In this document: one piece after another, positions 22,533-33,961 of the stretch
How positions within the stretch are numbered: position 1 is the stretch's first letter
Layout: each line of letters starts with the position of its first letter
From: Cesiribacter sp.
Lineage (GTDB): Bacteria > Bacteroidota > Bacteroidia > Cytophagales > Cyclobacteriaceae
Length of the DNA stretch: 64,000 nt
Reading direction: 5' to 3'
Assembly (NCBI GenBank): GCA_030147305.1
Contig: JASLAE010000007.1
Location: forward strand, 17,578-81,577
The notes under the pieces: generated by a model
Told to the model about the DNA's origin: nothing
Databases searched by the model: none
The model's input: the letters and a program-made list of their open reading frames with translations, nothing else
Position numbers and translations under genes: made by a program

Positions 22533-24653
22533 ATGGCGAGAGACTTAAGATTTACCAGAAATATAGGTATAGCAGCGCACATTGACGCGGGTAAAACCAC
22601 CACCACTGAGCGTATTCTATACTATGCAGGCGTAAGCCACAAGATCGGAGAGGTGCATGATGGCGCAGCCACCATGGACTGGATGGAGCAGGAGCAGGAG
22701 CGTGGTATCACTATTACCTCAGCTGCTACAACTGTTAAATGGAATTACAGAGCGCAAGAATATCATATCAACATCATTGACACCCCCGGCCACGTGGACT
22801 TTACCGTAGAGGTAAACCGTTCTTTGCGTGTACTGGATGGTCTGGTGTTCCTGTTTTCTGCCGTAGATGGTGTTGAGCCGCAGTCAGAAACAAACTGGCG
22901 TCTTGCCAACAACTATAATGTTGCCCGTATTGGTTTCGTGAATAAAATGGACCGTTCCGGTGCAGACTTTTTAGGCGTTTGTAAGCAGGTTAAAGAAATG
23001 CTGGGCAGCAATGCAGTTCCCCTGCAGCTGCCAATTGGTGCCGAAGAAAACTTCAAAGGGGTTGTTGACCTGGTTAACTTCCGGGGTGTTGTCTGGAATG
23101 AAGAAGATAAAGGCATGACCTTTACAGAAGTTCCTATTCCGGATGATATGATGGAAGAAGCACAGGAGTATCGTGAGAAGCTGCTGGAAGCAGTAGCTGA
23201 GTACGACGAAAACCTGATGGAAAAATACTTCGATGATCCTAATTCGATCACTGAAGAAGAAATCATTGCTGCTTTACGTGCTGCTACCATAGACATGGCC
23301 ATCGTGCCAATGCTTTGTGGTTCATCATTCAAGAACAAAGGTGTTCAGACCATGCTGGATTATGTGATGGCCCTTTGCCCGTCACCAATGGACAAAGAAA
23401 GCATCAAGGGTACCAATCCAGATAATGGAAAAGAAGTTGCCCGTAAGCCAAGCGAAACAGAACCTTTTGCTGCACTTGCATTCAAGATAGCAACAGACCC
23501 TTATGTTGGTCGTCTGTGCTTTATCCGCGCTTATTCAGGTGTACTTGAGTCAGGTTCTTATGTGTTCAATACACGTTCAGAGAACAAGGAGCGTATTTCC
23601 CGTATCTTCCAGATGCATGCCAATAAGCAAAACCAAATCGAAAGACTGGGTGCTGGTGACATCGGTGCGGTAGTAGGCTTTAAGGATATTAAAACGGGTG
23701 ATACCCTGTGTGATGAAAAGCATAAGATTGTGCTAGAGTCGATGGTATTCCCTGAGCCAGTAATCGGTTATGCCATTGAGCCTAAGAAGCAGGCTGATGT
23801 GGACAAGCTGGGTATGGCAATTGCGAAATTGATCGAAGAAGACCCAACGCTGCAGGTGCATACTGATCAGGAAACTGGCCAGACAATCCTCAGAGGTATG
23901 GGAGAGCTTCACCTTGAGATCATCATTGACCGTATGCGTCGTGAGTTTAAGGTGGAGATCAATCAGGGTGCTCCGCAGGTTGCTTACAAAGAAGCCCTTA
24001 CTGCTAATACTGAACACAAAGAGGTTTACAAAAAGCAAACGGGTGGTAAAGGTAAATTTGCTGACATTGTATTTGAAATGGGTCCTGCAGATGAGAATGC
24101 TGATCCTAAAGAAGTCCGCAATGGCCTGCAGTTTGTGAATGGCATCGTAGGTGGTGTGATTCCTCGTGAATTTATCCCTGCGATACAGAAAGGCTTTGAA
24201 GGAGCGATGAAGAACGGCCCGCTGGCTGGTTTCCCAATCGAGCATATGAAAGTACGCCTGTTCCATGGCTCTTTCCACGATGTTGACTCCGATGCACTTT
24301 CTTTCGAACTTGCCGCTCGCATTGGCTTTAAAGAAGCCGCTAAAAAATGTAGGCCAATCATTCTGGAGCCCATCATGTCCGTTGAAGTGGTAACACCAGA
24401 CGAGTATACCGGTCCTGTAACAGGTGACCTGAACCGTCGTCGTGGTATCATGAAAGGCATGGAAGGCAAAGGCAATGCGCAGGTTATCAGAGCAAACGTA
24501 CCGCTATCTGAATTATTTGGTTATGTAACTGACCTTCGTACCATTACATCAGGACGTGCGGCAGCTACACTTACCTTCGATCATTATGAGCAGGTGCCTA
24601 ATAACATTGCAGAGCAGGTAATTGCTAAAGTAAAAGGCGTGACCGTAAAATAA
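22533..24653 (+). CDS. fusA: Elongation factor G
   Basis: [17 protein letters not shown] and GMGELHL motifs. Confidence 0.99.
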   Translation: MARDLRFTRNIGIAAHIDAGKTTTTERILYYAGVSHKIGEVHDGAATMDWMEQEQERGITITSAATTVKWNYRAQEYHINIIDTPGHVDFTVEVNRSLRVLDGLVFLFSAVDGVEPQSETNWRLANNYNVARIGFVNKMDRSGADFLGVCKQVKEMLGSNAVPLQLPIGAEENFKGVVDLVNFRGVVWNEEDKGMTFTEVPIPDDMMEEAQEYREKLLEAVAEYDENLMEKYFDDPNSITEEEIIAALRAATIDMAIVPMLCGSSFKNKGVQTMLDYVMALCPSPMDKESIKGTNPDNGKEVARKPSETEPFAALAFKIATDPYVGRLCFIRAYSGVLESGSYVFNTRSENKERISRIFQMHANKQNQIERLGAGDIGAVVGFKDIKTGDTLCDEKHKIVLESMVFPEPVIGYAIEPKKQADVDKLGMAIAKLIEEDPTLQVHTDQETGQTILRGMGELHLEIIIDRMRREFKVEINQGAPQVAYKEALTANTEHKEVYKKQTGGKGKFADIVFEMGPADENADPKEVRNGLQFVNGIVGGVIPREFIPAIQKGFEGAMKNGPLAGFPIEHMKVRLFHGSFHDVDSDALSFELAARIGFKEAAKKCRPIILEPIMSVEVVTPDEYTGPVTGDLNRRRGIMKGMEGKGNAQVIRANVPLSELFGYVTDLRTITSGRAAATLTFDHYEQVPNNIAEQVIAKVKGVTVK

Positions 24654-24659
24654 ATTGGT

Positions 24660-24965
24660 ATGAACCAGAAAATTCGCATAAAACTAAAATCGTACGACCA
24701 CAATCTGGTAGACAAATCGTCTGAGAAGATTGTACGTGCTGTAAAAGCTACCGGAGCTGTGGTGAATGGGCCCATACCATTACCTACTGAAAAGGAAATT
24801 TTTACGGTACTGCGCTCGCCGCACGTGAATAAGAAATCTCGCGAGCAGTTTCAACTGTGCACCTACAAGCGCCTGGTAGATATTTATTCTACTAGTGCAA
24901 AAACAGTAGATGCATTGATGAAGCTTGAACTGCCCAGCGGTGTTGATGTAGAAATCAAAGTTTGA
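24660..24965 (+). CDS. rpsJ: 30S ribosomal protein S10
   Basis: [18 protein letters not shown] and [12 protein letters not shown] motifs. Confidence 0.99.
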   Translation: MNQKIRIKLKSYDHNLVDKSSEKIVRAVKATGAVVNGPIPLPTEKEIFTVLRSPHVNKKSREQFQLCTYKRLVDIYSTSAKTVDALMKLELPSGVDVEIKV

Positions 24966-24985
24966 TCTACATTTTATAAATCATT

Positions 24986-25024
24986 AAGAACCAACTTCTG
25001 CCATACGGGAGTTGGTTCTTTTTT
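24986..25024 (+). terminator. Intrinsic terminator after rpsJ
   Basis: AAGAACCAACTTCTG-CCATA-CGGGAGTTGGTTCTT plus T tract. Confidence 0.8.
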
Positions 25025-25081
25025 GTTTTAACATATTACAGAAAAAGTGCAACAACATTTTTCTAGTAAATTTATTTTTTA

Positions 25082-25089
25082 TAACTTTG
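25082..25089 (+). promoter_or_regulatory. -7 promoter box upstream of rplC
   Basis: TAACTTTG followed by CAGTCC, the same context as the rpsL promoter. Confidence 0.6.
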
Positions 25090-25150
25090 CAGTCCTTTAT
25101 GGAAGGTATGTTGCGCCTTATGCAACTATTGATTTAACACAGCATAGAAG

Positions 25151-25783
25151 ATGTCTGGTATTATTGGTAAAAAAATCGGGATGACTAGCATCTACAGTGC
25201 CGATGGACAAAATGTCGCATGCACAGTAGTGGAGGCTGGTCCTTGCGTGGTAACGCAAGTAAAAGACGTAGAAACGGACGGATATACAGCCGTTCAACTG
25301 GCGTTTGGTGAACGCAAAGAAAAGCATACCACCAAAGCGCTTGCAGGTCACTTTGCTAAAGCGAGCACTTCACCTAAGAGAAAGGTAGTAGAGTTTCGTG
25401 ACTTCAGAGTAGAATTTGAAGGTGGTGTGACCCTTGGTGGTCTTATCAAAGCAGGTGAAGTATTCATTGAAGGTGACTTTGTGGATGCAATTGGCACCTC
25501 AAAAGGTAAGGGTTTTCAGGGCGTTGTGAAACGCCACGGATTTGCCGGTGTAGGCGAAGCAACCCATGGTCAGCATAACCGTTTGCGTGCACCAGGTTCA
25601 ATTGGTGCCTGTTCTTTCCCTTCACGGGTTTTCAAAGGACAGCGTATGGCAGGTAGAACAGGTGGCCGTCGTGTGAAGATGGTGAACCTGCGGATCTTAA
25701 AGATCTATCCTGAGCAAAACCTTTTGCTGGTAAGTGGCTCAATCCCCGGAGCGAAAAATTCTTACGTAATTCTAGAGAAGTAA
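25151..25783 (+). CDS. rplC: 50S ribosomal protein L3
   Basis: GKKIGMT and [13 protein letters not shown] motifs. Confidence 0.99.
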   Translation: MSGIIGKKIGMTSIYSADGQNVACTVVEAGPCVVTQVKDVETDGYTAVQLAFGERKEKHTTKALAGHFAKASTSPKRKVVEFRDFRVEFEGGVTLGGLIKAGEVFIEGDFVDAIGTSKGKGFQGVVKRHGFAGVGEATHGQHNRLRAPGSIGACSFPSRVFKGQRMAGRTGGRRVKMVNLRILKIYPEQNLLLVSGSIPGAKNSYVILEK

Positions 25784-25786
25784 GCC

Positions 25787-26422
25787 ATGGAAGTTGCAGT
25801 ATTAAAACAAACTGGAGAAGACACAGGGCGTAAGATTTCGCTTAATGAGTCAGTGTTTGGCATAGAGCCGAACGATCATGCAATATACCTGGATGTGAAG
25901 CAGTATTTGGCTAACCAACGTCAGGGAACGCATAAATCAAAAGAAAGAAACGAGGTTGCCGGATCTACCCGTAAGATCAAAAAACAAAAAGGTACCGGTG
26001 GCGCCCGTGCAGGTAGCATCAAGTCTCCTGTATTCCGTGGCGGTGGACGTATCTTTGGTCCAAGACCTCGCAACTATAGCTTCAAGCTTAACAAAAAGGT
26101 GAAGCAGCTGGCCAGACTTTCTGCTCTTACTTATAAAGCGCAGGAGCAGGGCATCAGCATTCTTGAGAATTTCAGCTTTGATGCTCCTAGAACAAAGGAT
26201 TTTGTAAAGCTGCTGAGTGGTCTGTCTCTGGGTAACAAAAAGACACTTTTTGTGCTGGGTGATAATGATCAGAATGTGGTGTTATCAAGCCGCAACATCA
26301 AGAATACGCAGGTTACTACAGCCAGCAACCTGAACACCTACGAAATCATAAATGCCGATACCCTGATTTTTAGTGAGGGTGCCGTTCAAAAACTGGAAGA
26401 ACTATATAACGCCGAGTCATGA
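25787..26422 (+). CDS. rplD: 50S ribosomal protein L4
   Basis: RQGTHKSK and QKGTGGARAGS motifs. Confidence 0.99.
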   Translation: MEVAVLKQTGEDTGRKISLNESVFGIEPNDHAIYLDVKQYLANQRQGTHKSKERNEVAGSTRKIKKQKGTGGARAGSIKSPVFRGGGRIFGPRPRNYSFKLNKKVKQLARLSALTYKAQEQGISILENFSFDAPRTKDFVKLLSGLSLGNKKTLFVLGDNDQNVVLSSRNIKNTQVTTASNLNTYEIINADTLIFSEGAVQKLEELYNAES

Positions 26423-26706
26423 GTGTGCTGATTAAACCTCTAGTAACCGAAAAGGTATCTGCCCTGAACGAAAAAGGCAAGTACGGCTTTGTGGTAGCGA
26501 AGACTGCTAACAAAGTAGAGATCAAGAAAGCGGTAGAGAAAACCTACGGCGTATCGGTGCAGACAGTCAACACCATGCGTTATGCAGGAAAAACCAAATC
26601 CCGCTACACGAAAACCGGTGTTGTAAGTGGCCGGAAACCATCGTACAAGAAAGCAGTCGTAACTGTTGCCGACGGTGAAGTAATAGACTTTTATAGCGGC
26701 ATTTAA
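26419..26706 (+). CDS. rplW: 50S ribosomal protein L23
   Basis: PLVTEK, ANKVEIK and YKKAVVT motifs. Confidence 0.98.
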   Translation: MSVLIKPLVTEKVSALNEKGKYGFVVAKTANKVEIKKAVEKTYGVSVQTVNTMRYAGKTKSRYTKTGVVSGRKPSYKKAVVTVADGEVIDFYSGI

Positions 26707-26717
26707 CAAGATTAGTG

Positions 26718-27542
26718 ATGGCAATTAAAAAACTAAGACCCACCACACCGGGTCAACGTTTCAGAATAGCACCAACCTTCAGTGAAATTACCAGCGATCA
26801 GCCGGAGAAATCTCTGTTGGTGTCTAAGAACAAGTCAGGTGGACGTAACAATCAGGGACGTCGTACCATGCGTTATATTGGTGGTGGTCATAAGCAGAAG
26901 ATCCGTATGATCGATTTTCAGCGTAACCACTTCGATGTCCCGGCCACGGTCAAGTCTATTGAATATGATCCAACCCGTACAGCTCGTGTTGCGCTGCTTG
27001 TGTATGCAGATGGACTCAAAGCTTATATCCTTGCCGCAGAAGGCATGGCAGTAGGTCAGACAGTGATCAGCGGAACAAGCGTTGCACCTGAGATGGGTAA
27101 TACACTTCCGCTGAAGAGCATCCCACTGGGTACTATTGTACACAATATTGAATTGAAGCCAGGTAAAGGCGGTGCAATGGCCCGCAGTGCCGGTTCTTAT
27201 GCTCAGCTTGTTGCTCGCGAAGGAAAATATGCAACTGTAAAGTTGCCTTCTGGTGAAACGCGTCAGGTATTAGTAGAATGCCTTGCAACTGTTGGAACGG
27301 TATCCAATGGAACGCACATGAATGAAAGCCTGGGTAAAGCAGGTCGCAATCGCTGGTTAGGTCGTCGTCCGCGCGTTCGTGGTGTAGCCATGAACCCGGT
27401 AGATCACCCGATGGGTGGTGGCGAGGGCCGTGCATCAGGTGGACACCCACGCTCACGCAATGGACAGATTGCTAAAGGCAAGAAAACCAGAAGTCCGAAG
27501 AAGTACAGCAACGACCTAATCATTAGCAAAAGGAAGAAATAA
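26718..27542 (+). CDS. rplB: 50S ribosomal protein L2
   Basis: PTTPGQR and [17 protein letters not shown] motifs. Confidence 0.99.
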   Translation: MAIKKLRPTTPGQRFRIAPTFSEITSDQPEKSLLVSKNKSGGRNNQGRRTMRYIGGGHKQKIRMIDFQRNHFDVPATVKSIEYDPTRTARVALLVYADGLKAYILAAEGMAVGQTVISGTSVAPEMGNTLPLKSIPLGTIVHNIELKPGKGGAMARSAGSYAQLVAREGKYATVKLPSGETRQVLVECLATVGTVSNGTHMNESLGKAGRNRWLGRRPRVRGVAMNPVDHPMGGGEGRASGGHPRSRNGQIAKGKKTRSPKKYSNDLIISKRKK

Positions 27543-27820
27543 TGTCACGCTCACTTAAAAAAGGACCATACATAGATTTCCGGCTGGAAAAGAAAGTTGA
27601 TAAAATGAACGATGGAGGCAAAAAGTCTGTCATAAAGACCTGGTCTCGCCGTTCAATGATTTCTCCGGAATTTGTAGGCCATACTTTTGCCGTACATAAT
27701 GGCAATAAATTTATCCCCGTGTATGTAACAGAAAACATGGTGGGTCACAAAATGGGCGAGTTTGCGCCTACCCGTAACTTCAGAGGTCACACTGCTAAAA
27801 AAGATAAAGGCAAGAGATAA
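27542..27820 (+). CDS. rpsS: 30S ribosomal protein S19
   Basis: [15 protein letters not shown] and [11 protein letters not shown] motifs. Confidence 0.99.
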   Translation: MSRSLKKGPYIDFRLEKKVDKMNDGGKKSVIKTWSRRSMISPEFVGHTFAVHNGNKFIPVYVTENMVGHKMGEFAPTRNFRGHTAKKDKGKR

Positions 27821-27821
27821 T

Positions 27822-28202
27822 ATGGAAGCAATAGCAAAGCTGAACAATGTGCCTACGTCGCCCCGCAAAATGCGGTTAGTAGCAGACATGATCCGTGGTA
27901 TGGCTGTAGATAGAGCTTTGGGTGTATTGAAATTCGATGCTAAGCACAGCTCAGATCGTCTTGAGAAATTACTCGTATCGGCTATCTCAAACTGGCAGAA
28001 CAAACACACAGACGAGCGTCTTGAAGAAGCAAATCTGTTCATCAAGGAAATTCGCGTAGACAGTGGCCGTCAGCTGAAACGTTTACGTCCTGCTCCGCAA
28101 GGAAGGGCGCACCGGATCAGGAAACGCTCCAACCACGTAACGCTGGTCGTTGCAAGCCGCAGCAACCAGGTGATCGATGACAATAATAATAGCGCAGAAT
28201 AA
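27822..28202 (+). CDS. rplV: 50S ribosomal protein L22
   Basis: [10 protein letters not shown] and [13 protein letters not shown] motifs; ATG at 27822. Confidence 0.97.
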   Translation: MEAIAKLNNVPTSPRKMRLVADMIRGMAVDRALGVLKFDAKHSSDRLEKLLVSAISNWQNKHTDERLEEANLFIKEIRVDSGRQLKRLRPAPQGRAHRIRKRSNHVTLVVASRSNQVIDDNNNSAE

Positions 28203-28204
28203 TC

Positions 28205-28951
28205 ATGGGACAAAAAGTTAATCCAATTGGTCTCCGATTAGGTATAATCAAAGGTTGGGAGTCGAACTGGTACGGAGGCAAGACCTTTTCCGATAAGCTG
28301 GTCGAAGATCATAACATTCGCAAGTATATTCTTGCCCGTATTCCTAAAGGCGGAATATCTAAGATAATCATAGAGCGTACGCTTAAGCGCATTACGCTTA
28401 CCATTCACACGGCCCGTCCGGGTGTTGTGATTGGTAAAGGTGGCGCAGAGGTAGATCGCCTGCGTGAAGAATTGAAGAAACTTACCGGCAAAGACGTTCA
28501 AATCAACATCTTTGAGATCAAGCGTCCAGAGCTTGATTCTGCCCTGGTAGGTGAATCCATTGCTCAGCAGCTGAAAGCGCGTATTTCTTACCGTCGGGCC
28601 ATGAAGCAGGCAATCGCCAGTGCGATGCGTGTGGGTGCTCAGGGAATCAAGATCAAATGCTCAGGTCGTTTAGGTGGTGCTGAGATGGCTCGTACAGAGC
28701 AATATAAAGAAGGTCGTATTCCTTTGCACACACTGCGTGCTGATATTGACTATGCTATCTCTGAAGCAGAGACAGTATACGGCAAAATTGGTATCAAGGT
28801 GTGGATCTTCAAAGGTGAGATCTATGGTAAGCCAGACCTATCTCCAAATGCAGCAGCTCAGGCAGCTACCGGTGGCAATGACAGCCGTCGTCCAGCAGGC
28901 CCAGGCAAGCAGCGCCGAGATGGTGGACGCAATAGAAAGAAAAGAAAATAA
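28205..28951 (+). CDS. rpsC: 30S ribosomal protein S3
   Basis: [17 protein letters not shown] and [10 protein letters not shown] motifs. Confidence 0.99.
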   Translation: MGQKVNPIGLRLGIIKGWESNWYGGKTFSDKLVEDHNIRKYILARIPKGGISKIIIERTLKRITLTIHTARPGVVIGKGGAEVDRLREELKKLTGKDVQINIFEIKRPELDSALVGESIAQQLKARISYRRAMKQAIASAMRVGAQGIKIKCSGRLGGAEMARTEQYKEGRIPLHTLRADIDYAISEAETVYGKIGIKVWIFKGEIYGKPDLSPNAAAQAATGGNDSRRPAGPGKQRRDGGRNRKKRK

Positions 28952-28974
28952 GCTGTCTTTAATACTGTACGAAC

Positions 28975-29394
28975 ATGTTACAGCCCAAGAGAACAAAATT
29001 TAGAAAGCAACAAAAAGGTAGAGTAAAAGGCATTGCCCAGCGGGGCCATACGTTAGCGTTTGGCAACTTTGGTATCAAAGCACTCGAACCAGGCTGGATT
29101 ACCTCTCGCCAGATAGAGGCAGCTCGTATTGCCATGACCCGTGCCATGAAACGGGAAGGTCGCGTATGGATCCGGATATTCCCAGACAAGCCCATCACCA
29201 AAAAACCTGCAGAGGTTCGGATGGGTAAAGGTAAGGGTGCTCCGGAGTATTGGGTAGCTGTAGTAAAACCAGGTACCATCTTGTTTGAGTCTGTAGGTGT
29301 ACCTACGGAACTGGCACAGGAATCCCTGCGTCTGGCTGCGCAGAAGCTACCGATCAAAACGAAATTTATAGTACGTAACGACTTTGTAGGATAA
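28975..29394 (+). CDS. rplP: 50S ribosomal protein L16
   Basis: [11 protein letters not shown] and RMGKGKG motifs. Confidence 0.99.
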   Translation: MLQPKRTKFRKQQKGRVKGIAQRGHTLAFGNFGIKALEPGWITSRQIEAARIAMTRAMKREGRVWIRIFPDKPITKKPAEVRMGKGKGAPEYWVAVVKPGTILFESVGVPTELAQESLRLAAQKLPIKTKFIVRNDFVG

Positions 29395-29403
29395 GCCACG
29401 GTC

Positions 29404-29601
29404 ATGAAAAACGACGAAATACGTTCATTATCGGCAGAGGATCTGAAAGAGCGCTTAGCAGCAGAAAAGGAAAACCTTACTAAGCTGAAGTTTGCGCACG
29501 AGATCACTCCGCTCGAGAACCCAACAAAAATCCGGCATTCCCGGCGGCTCATAGCCAAAATGGAAACTGAATTAAGGGCTAAAGAAATAAATCAGCAATA
29601 A
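29404..29601 (+). CDS. rpmC: 50S ribosomal protein L29
   Basis: 65 aa, [15 protein letters not shown]; operon position. Confidence 0.95.
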   Translation: MKNDEIRSLSAEDLKERLAAEKENLTKLKFAHEITPLENPTKIRHSRRLIAKMETELRAKEINQQ

Positions 29602-29858
29602 TGGAGCCTCGCAATCTACGTAAGGAAAGAGTAGGCAAGGTGGTAAGTAATAAGATGGAAAAAACCATCACAGTAGAAGTATCACGTAAAGTGAAACATG
29701 CTATTTATGGTAAATTCCTCGGTAAGACTACCAAATTCAAAGCCCACGACGAAAAGAACGAGTGTAACATAGGTGACACCGTTAAAATCATGGAAACACG
29801 TCCGCTTAGCAAAGAGAAGCGCTGGCGTTTAGTTGAAATTATAGAAAGGGCTAAGTAA
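29601..29858 (+). CDS. rpsQ: 30S ribosomal protein S17
   Basis: [11 protein letters not shown] and [11 protein letters not shown] motifs. Confidence 0.98.
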   Translation: MEPRNLRKERVGKVVSNKMEKTITVEVSRKVKHAIYGKFLGKTTKFKAHDEKNECNIGDTVKIMETRPLSKEKRWRLVEIIERAK

Positions 29859-29860
29859 CC

Positions 29861-30229
29861 ATGATACAGCAAGAATCAAGACTCACCGTAGCCGATAACA
29901 GTGGCGCAAAAGAAGTAATGTGTATTCGTGTACTGGGAGGTACCGGTAAGCGCTATGCTTCTGTTGGCGACAAAATAGTAGTATCTGTGAAGACTGCTAT
30001 CCCTGCAAGTAATATTAAAAAGGGAACTGTTAGCAAGGCAGTTGTTGTTCGCACCAAGAAAGAGATTCGTCGTAAAGATGGTTCTTATATTCGCTTCGAA
30101 GAGAATGCTGCAGTGCTCCTGAATAACCAGGACGAACCACGTGGCACGCGTATCTTCGGACCAGTAGCAAGAGAATTGCGTGAAAAGCAGTTCATGAAAA
30201 TCGTTTCTTTGGCTCCAGAAGTATTGTAA
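29861..30229 (+). CDS. rplN: 50S ribosomal protein L14
   Basis: VADNSGAK and [13 protein letters not shown] motifs. Confidence 0.99.
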   Translation: MIQQESRLTVADNSGAKEVMCIRVLGGTGKRYASVGDKIVVSVKTAIPASNIKKGTVSKAVVVRTKKEIRRKDGSYIRFEENAAVLLNNQDEPRGTRIFGPVARELREKQFMKIVSLAPEVL

Positions 30230-30582
30230 TGGGTATGAAAGCAACAACAACTAAAATAACTAAATCTCACATCCGCAAAGGGGATACCGTAAAGGTGCTG
30301 ACAGGCGCCGATCGTGGTAAAACCGGTAAGGTTGTAGAGGTGTTGCGCGATAAGCAAAAGGCTATAGTGGAAAGTGTAAACATGAAGCACAAACACCAGA
30401 AGCCAAATGCGCAAAACCCAGAAGGTGGTATTTCACAGCAAGAAGCACCCATACACATCAGTAACCTGATGGTAGTAGACCCAGCTACCGGTGAAGCTAG
30501 CCGCATTGGCCGCAAGCTAAACGATAATGGTAAGCTGCAACGCTATTCAAAGAAAAACGGACAATTTATCACCAATGGCTAA
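30229..30582 (+). CDS. rplX: 50S ribosomal protein L24
   Basis: [20 protein letters not shown] motif and EAPIHISN; start is 30229 or 30235. Confidence 0.97.
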   Translation: MGMKATTTKITKSHIRKGDTVKVLTGADRGKTGKVVEVLRDKQKAIVESVNMKHKHQKPNAQNPEGGISQQEAPIHISNLMVVDPATGEASRIGRKLNDNGKLQRYSKKNGQFITNG

Positions 30583-31129
30583 TACAAGGTTAAAAGATAA
30601 GTATCTGAACGAAGTTGTTCCTGCAATGCAAGAGAAGTTTAATTACAAATCTGTTATGCAGGTGCCTAAGATTCAGAAAATTAGCATCAACAGAGGCGTA
30701 GGTGCCGCTGTAGCCGATAAAAAACTTGTTGATGTTAGTATCGACGAACTCACTACCATCACAGGTCAGAAAGCTGTGCCTACCAAGGCTAAGGTTTCCA
30801 TCTCTAACTTCAAACTTCGCGAAGGCATGCCTATTGGCGCCAAAGTAACTTTGCGTGGAGAGAGAATGTATGAGTTCCTGGACCGTTTGATGACCATTGC
30901 ACTCCCTCGGGTACGTGACTTTAAAGGCATCAACAGCAAAGGCTTCGATGGCCGTGGTAACTATACGCTAGGTATCACCGAGCAAATTATTTTTCCAGAG
31001 ATCAGCATCGACAAAGTAAATCGTATCACTGGTATGAACATTACTTTTGTAACGACTGCTGCTACAGACGAAGAGTGCTATGCACTGCTGAAAGAATTTG
31101 GATTACCGTTCACAAACAAAAACGCTTAA
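30575..31129 (+). CDS. rplE: 50S ribosomal protein L5
   Basis: [10 protein letters not shown] and FDGRGNY motifs; ATG at 30575. Confidence 0.98.
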   Translation: MANTRLKDKYLNEVVPAMQEKFNYKSVMQVPKIQKISINRGVGAAVADKKLVDVSIDELTTITGQKAVPTKAKVSISNFKLREGMPIGAKVTLRGERMYEFLDRLMTIALPRVRDFKGINSKGFDGRGNYTLGITEQIIFPEISIDKVNRITGMNITFVTTAATDEECYALLKEFGLPFTNKNA

Positions 31130-31132
31130 TCA

Positions 31133-31402
31133 ATGGCAAAAGAATCAGTCAAAGCCAGAGAGCGCAAAAGAGCTAAAATGGTGGCTCAGTATGCAGAGAA
31201 ACGTGCAGCACTGAAAGCAGCCGGAGATTACGAGGCACTGGACAAGCTGCCTAAGAATGCTTCGCCTGTACGTCTGCACAATCGCTGCAAGTTAACTGGC
31301 CGCCCAAGAGGTTATATGCGCAAGTTTGGTCTTTCACGTGTTACATTCCGTGAAATGGCCTCTGCTGGTAAAATACCTGGGGTTACCAAAGCAAGCTGGT
31401 AA
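31133..31402 (+). CDS. rpsN: 30S ribosomal protein S14 (89 aa, zinc-free type)
   Basis: [12 protein letters not shown]...KFGLSR and IPGVTKASW motifs. Confidence 0.98.
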   Translation: MAKESVKARERKRAKMVAQYAEKRAALKAAGDYEALDKLPKNASPVRLHNRCKLTGRPRGYMRKFGLSRVTFREMASAGKIPGVTKASW

Positions 31403-31440
31403 TTACTAAAAGAAAGATTTTATAATAAGAAAAAAAGTAG

Positions 31441-31448
31441 TACTTTTG
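31441..31448 (+). promoter_or_regulatory. Internal -7 promoter box upstream of rpsH
   Basis: TACTTTTG(CA) in an AT-rich 82-nt gap between rpsN and rpsH. Confidence 0.55.
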
Positions 31449-31484
31449 CAGGCCATTACGGCATGTAAAACAACTTATATTTAG

Positions 31485-31880
31485 ATGGATCCTATAGCAG
31501 ATTACCTGACCAGGCTGAGAAATGCCATTAAGGCCAACCATAGAGTGGTTGAGATTCCTGCTTCTAACATCAAGAAAGAGATAACTAAGGTATTATACGA
31601 GAAAGGGTATATCCAAAGTTACAAATTTGATGATGAAGCCCTGATTGGCGGTATCATTAAGATTGCCCTCAAGTATAACCCGGTTACCAAAAACTCTGCC
31701 ATCGTAAAGCTGGAGAGAATTAGTAAACCTGGTTTGCGTAAATACGCAAAAGCAGATGCATTACCTCGCGTGTTGAACGGTATGGGTGTAGCCATTGTGT
31801 CTACATCACATGGAGTAATGACAGATAAAGAAGCACGCCAGCAGAATATTGGCGGCGAAGTTTTATGTTACGTTTACTAA
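31485..31880 (+). CDS. rpsH: 30S ribosomal protein S8
   Basis: DPIADYLTRLRNA, SKPGLRKY and GGEVLCYV motifs. Confidence 0.99.
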   Translation: MDPIADYLTRLRNAIKANHRVVEIPASNIKKEITKVLYEKGYIQSYKFDDEALIGGIIKIALKYNPVTKNSAIVKLERISKPGLRKYAKADALPRVLNGMGVAIVSTSHGVMTDKEARQQNIGGEVLCYVY

Positions 31881-31887
31881 GATCGCT

Positions 31888-32442
31888 ATGTCTCGAGTTG
31901 GCAAAAAACCCATAAGTATTCCCAGCGGTGTTAATATTAATGTTAACAAAAACCTGGTGACTGTTAAAGGTCCTAAAGGAACGCTGGAACAACAAATAGA
32001 TACAGATTTTACCCTCTCACAAGAAGATGGTACACTTCTGGTTGAACGTCCTACTGAACAAAAGCGCCATAGGGCCCTGCATGGTCTTTACCGTGCTCTG
32101 ATCAACAACATGGTTGTTGGTGTGAGCCAGGGCTACAAAAAAGAGCTTGAATTAGTAGGTGTAGGTTATAAAGCAGCTGTACAAGGTAATGTTCTTGAAC
32201 TGAACGTTGGCTACTCTCACAGCATCTTTTTAGCAGTACCCGCAGAGATAAAAGTTTCTGCTGAAACCCCTAAAGGTAAAAACCCACTGGTTACACTAGA
32301 GGGAGTAGATAAACAACTGATAGGACAGGTTGCCGCAAAGATCAAATCTATCCGTAAGGTAGAACCTTACAAAGGCAAGGGTATTCGCTTTGTTGGTGAG
32401 TTTGTAAGAAGAAAAGCTGGTAAGTCTGCTTCTAAAAAATAA
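31888..32442 (+). CDS. rplF: 50S ribosomal protein L6
   Basis: MSRVGKKP and EPYKGKG motifs; ATG at 31888. Confidence 0.98.
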   Translation: MSRVGKKPISIPSGVNINVNKNLVTVKGPKGTLEQQIDTDFTLSQEDGTLLVERPTEQKRHRALHGLYRALINNMVVGVSQGYKKELELVGVGYKAAVQGNVLELNVGYSHSIFLAVPAEIKVSAETPKGKNPLVTLEGVDKQLIGQVAAKIKSIRKVEPYKGKGIRFVGEFVRRKAGKSASKK

Positions 32443-32446
32443 GTAA

Positions 32447-32797
32447 ATGAGTAAGAACATTCGTTTAAATAGCAGGGACCGCATCAAAAAAGGAATCCGT
32501 ACCAAAATCAGTGGTACCTCCGAGCGTCCCAGACTTTCAGTCTTCAAGAGCAACCGCAGCATATACGCGCAATTGATCGACGATTTACAAGGCCGTACCA
32601 TTGCTTCTGCCTCCAGCAAAGATCTTGAAGTAGCAAACGCTACGATAGATACTGCTAAAACTGTAGGTGGTAAACTTGCTGAAAAAGCAAAAGAAGCTGG
32701 TGTTTCAGCGGTAGTGTTTGATCGTAATGGATATAAATATCACGGGCAGGTAAAAGCGCTGGCTGATGGCGCCCGTGAAGGTGGATTAAATTTCTAA
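32447..32797 (+). CDS. rplR: 50S ribosomal protein L18
   Basis: [10 protein letters not shown] and [10 protein letters not shown] motifs. Confidence 0.98.
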   Translation: MSKNIRLNSRDRIKKGIRTKISGTSERPRLSVFKSNRSIYAQLIDDLQGRTIASASSKDLEVANATIDTAKTVGGKLAEKAKEAGVSAVVFDRNGYKYHGQVKALADGAREGGLNF

Positions 32798-32804
32798 TAG
32801 CATC

Positions 32805-33323
32805 ATGGCTCAAGCAACAGTAAAAACAGTAAAAGCTAGCGAAATAGACCTTAAAGAAAAGGTAGTAGCTATAAATAGAGTTGCCAAGGTTGTGAAAGGT
32901 GGACGTCGTTTCAGCTTTGCAGCTATTGTGGTAGTAGGAGATGGCCAGGGTGTTGTAGGTTATGGACTTGGCAAAGCCAATGAAGTAACGGATGCTATTG
33001 TGAAAGGCATCGAAGATGCTAAGAAAAACCTGATCCGCGTTCCCATTATTAATGGTACTGTACCTCATACAGCAGAAGGCAAATACAGTGGTGGCTTCGT
33101 GTTGGTAAAACCAGCGGCTGCCGGTACCGGTGTTATTGCCGGTGGTGCCATGCGTGCCGTATTTGAGAGCGCTGGTGTACACAACGTACTGGCCAAATCT
33201 AAAGGTTCTTCTAACCCACACAACGTGGTAAAAGCAACCTTTGATGCACTGACCAATATGCGTGATGCACATTCGGTAGCCATGCAGAGAGGGGTACCTA
33301 TGTCAAAAGTATTTAACGGTTAA
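32805..33323 (+). CDS. rpsE: 30S ribosomal protein S5
   Basis: [14 protein letters not shown] and GTGVIAGG motifs. Confidence 0.99.
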   Translation: MAQATVKTVKASEIDLKEKVVAINRVAKVVKGGRRFSFAAIVVVGDGQGVVGYGLGKANEVTDAIVKGIEDAKKNLIRVPIINGTVPHTAEGKYSGGFVLVKPAAAGTGVIAGGAMRAVFESAGVHNVLAKSKGSSNPHNVVKATFDALTNMRDAHSVAMQRGVPMSKVFNG

Positions 33324-33327
33324 TGTC

Positions 33328-33507
33328 ATGGCAAAGCTTACAATAACTCTAGTAAAAAGCTCTATTAAGCGTCCTGCCAGACAAAAAGCTACGCTTCAGG
33401 CACTGGGCTTAAGAAAGTTGAACCAGACTGTAGAGCACGAAGGTACTCCTCAGATCCTGGGTATGTTAAATAAAGTTGGACACCTTGTTAGCTATAAGGA
33501 GGCATAA
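33328..33507 (+). CDS. rpmD: 50S ribosomal protein L30
   Basis: Read manually (59 aa, below the ORF-track cutoff): [54 protein letters not shown]. Confidence 0.96.
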   Translation: MAKLTITLVKSSIKRPARQKATLQALGLRKLNQTVEHEGTPQILGMLNKVGHLVSYKEA

Positions 33508-33511
33508 TATC

Positions 33512-33958
33512 ATGAAACTTCATACACTTAAGCCTGCAGAAGGTGCTATCAAGTCAGAGAAGCGCATTGGTCGTGGTACTGGCTCTGGCCATGGTGGAAC
33601 TTCTACCCGTGGTCACAAAGGTGCACAATCCCGCTCTGGTTACAGCAAAAAAGCTGGTTTTGAAGGTGGTCAGATGCCACTGCAGCGCCGTGTGCCTAAG
33701 TTTGGTTTTAAGAATAATAACAAAATCACTTACAAGCCAATCAACCTGTACACGCTGCAACAGCTTGCCGAAGAGTTTAACCTTGACCAAATCAATGTTA
33801 CTATTTTGCAGGAGCATGGTCTGGCCGGTAAAAATGATAAAGTTAAAATCTTAGGCAAAGGTGAGATCACCAAAGCCCTTCAAGTTGAAGCGCATAAAGT
33901 TTCTACGAGTGCGCAGGAAGCCATTGAGAAAGCAGGGGGCAAGGTGACTAAACTCTAA
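33512..33958 (+). CDS. rplO: 50S ribosomal protein L15
   Basis: RIGRGTGSG and GFEGGQMPLQRR motifs; ATG at 33512. Confidence 0.98.
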   Translation: MKLHTLKPAEGAIKSEKRIGRGTGSGHGGTSTRGHKGAQSRSGYSKKAGFEGGQMPLQRRVPKFGFKNNNKITYKPINLYTLQQLAEEFNLDQINVTILQEHGLAGKNDKVKILGKGEITKALQVEAHKVSTSAQEAIEKAGGKVTKL

Positions 33959-33961
33959 GAG

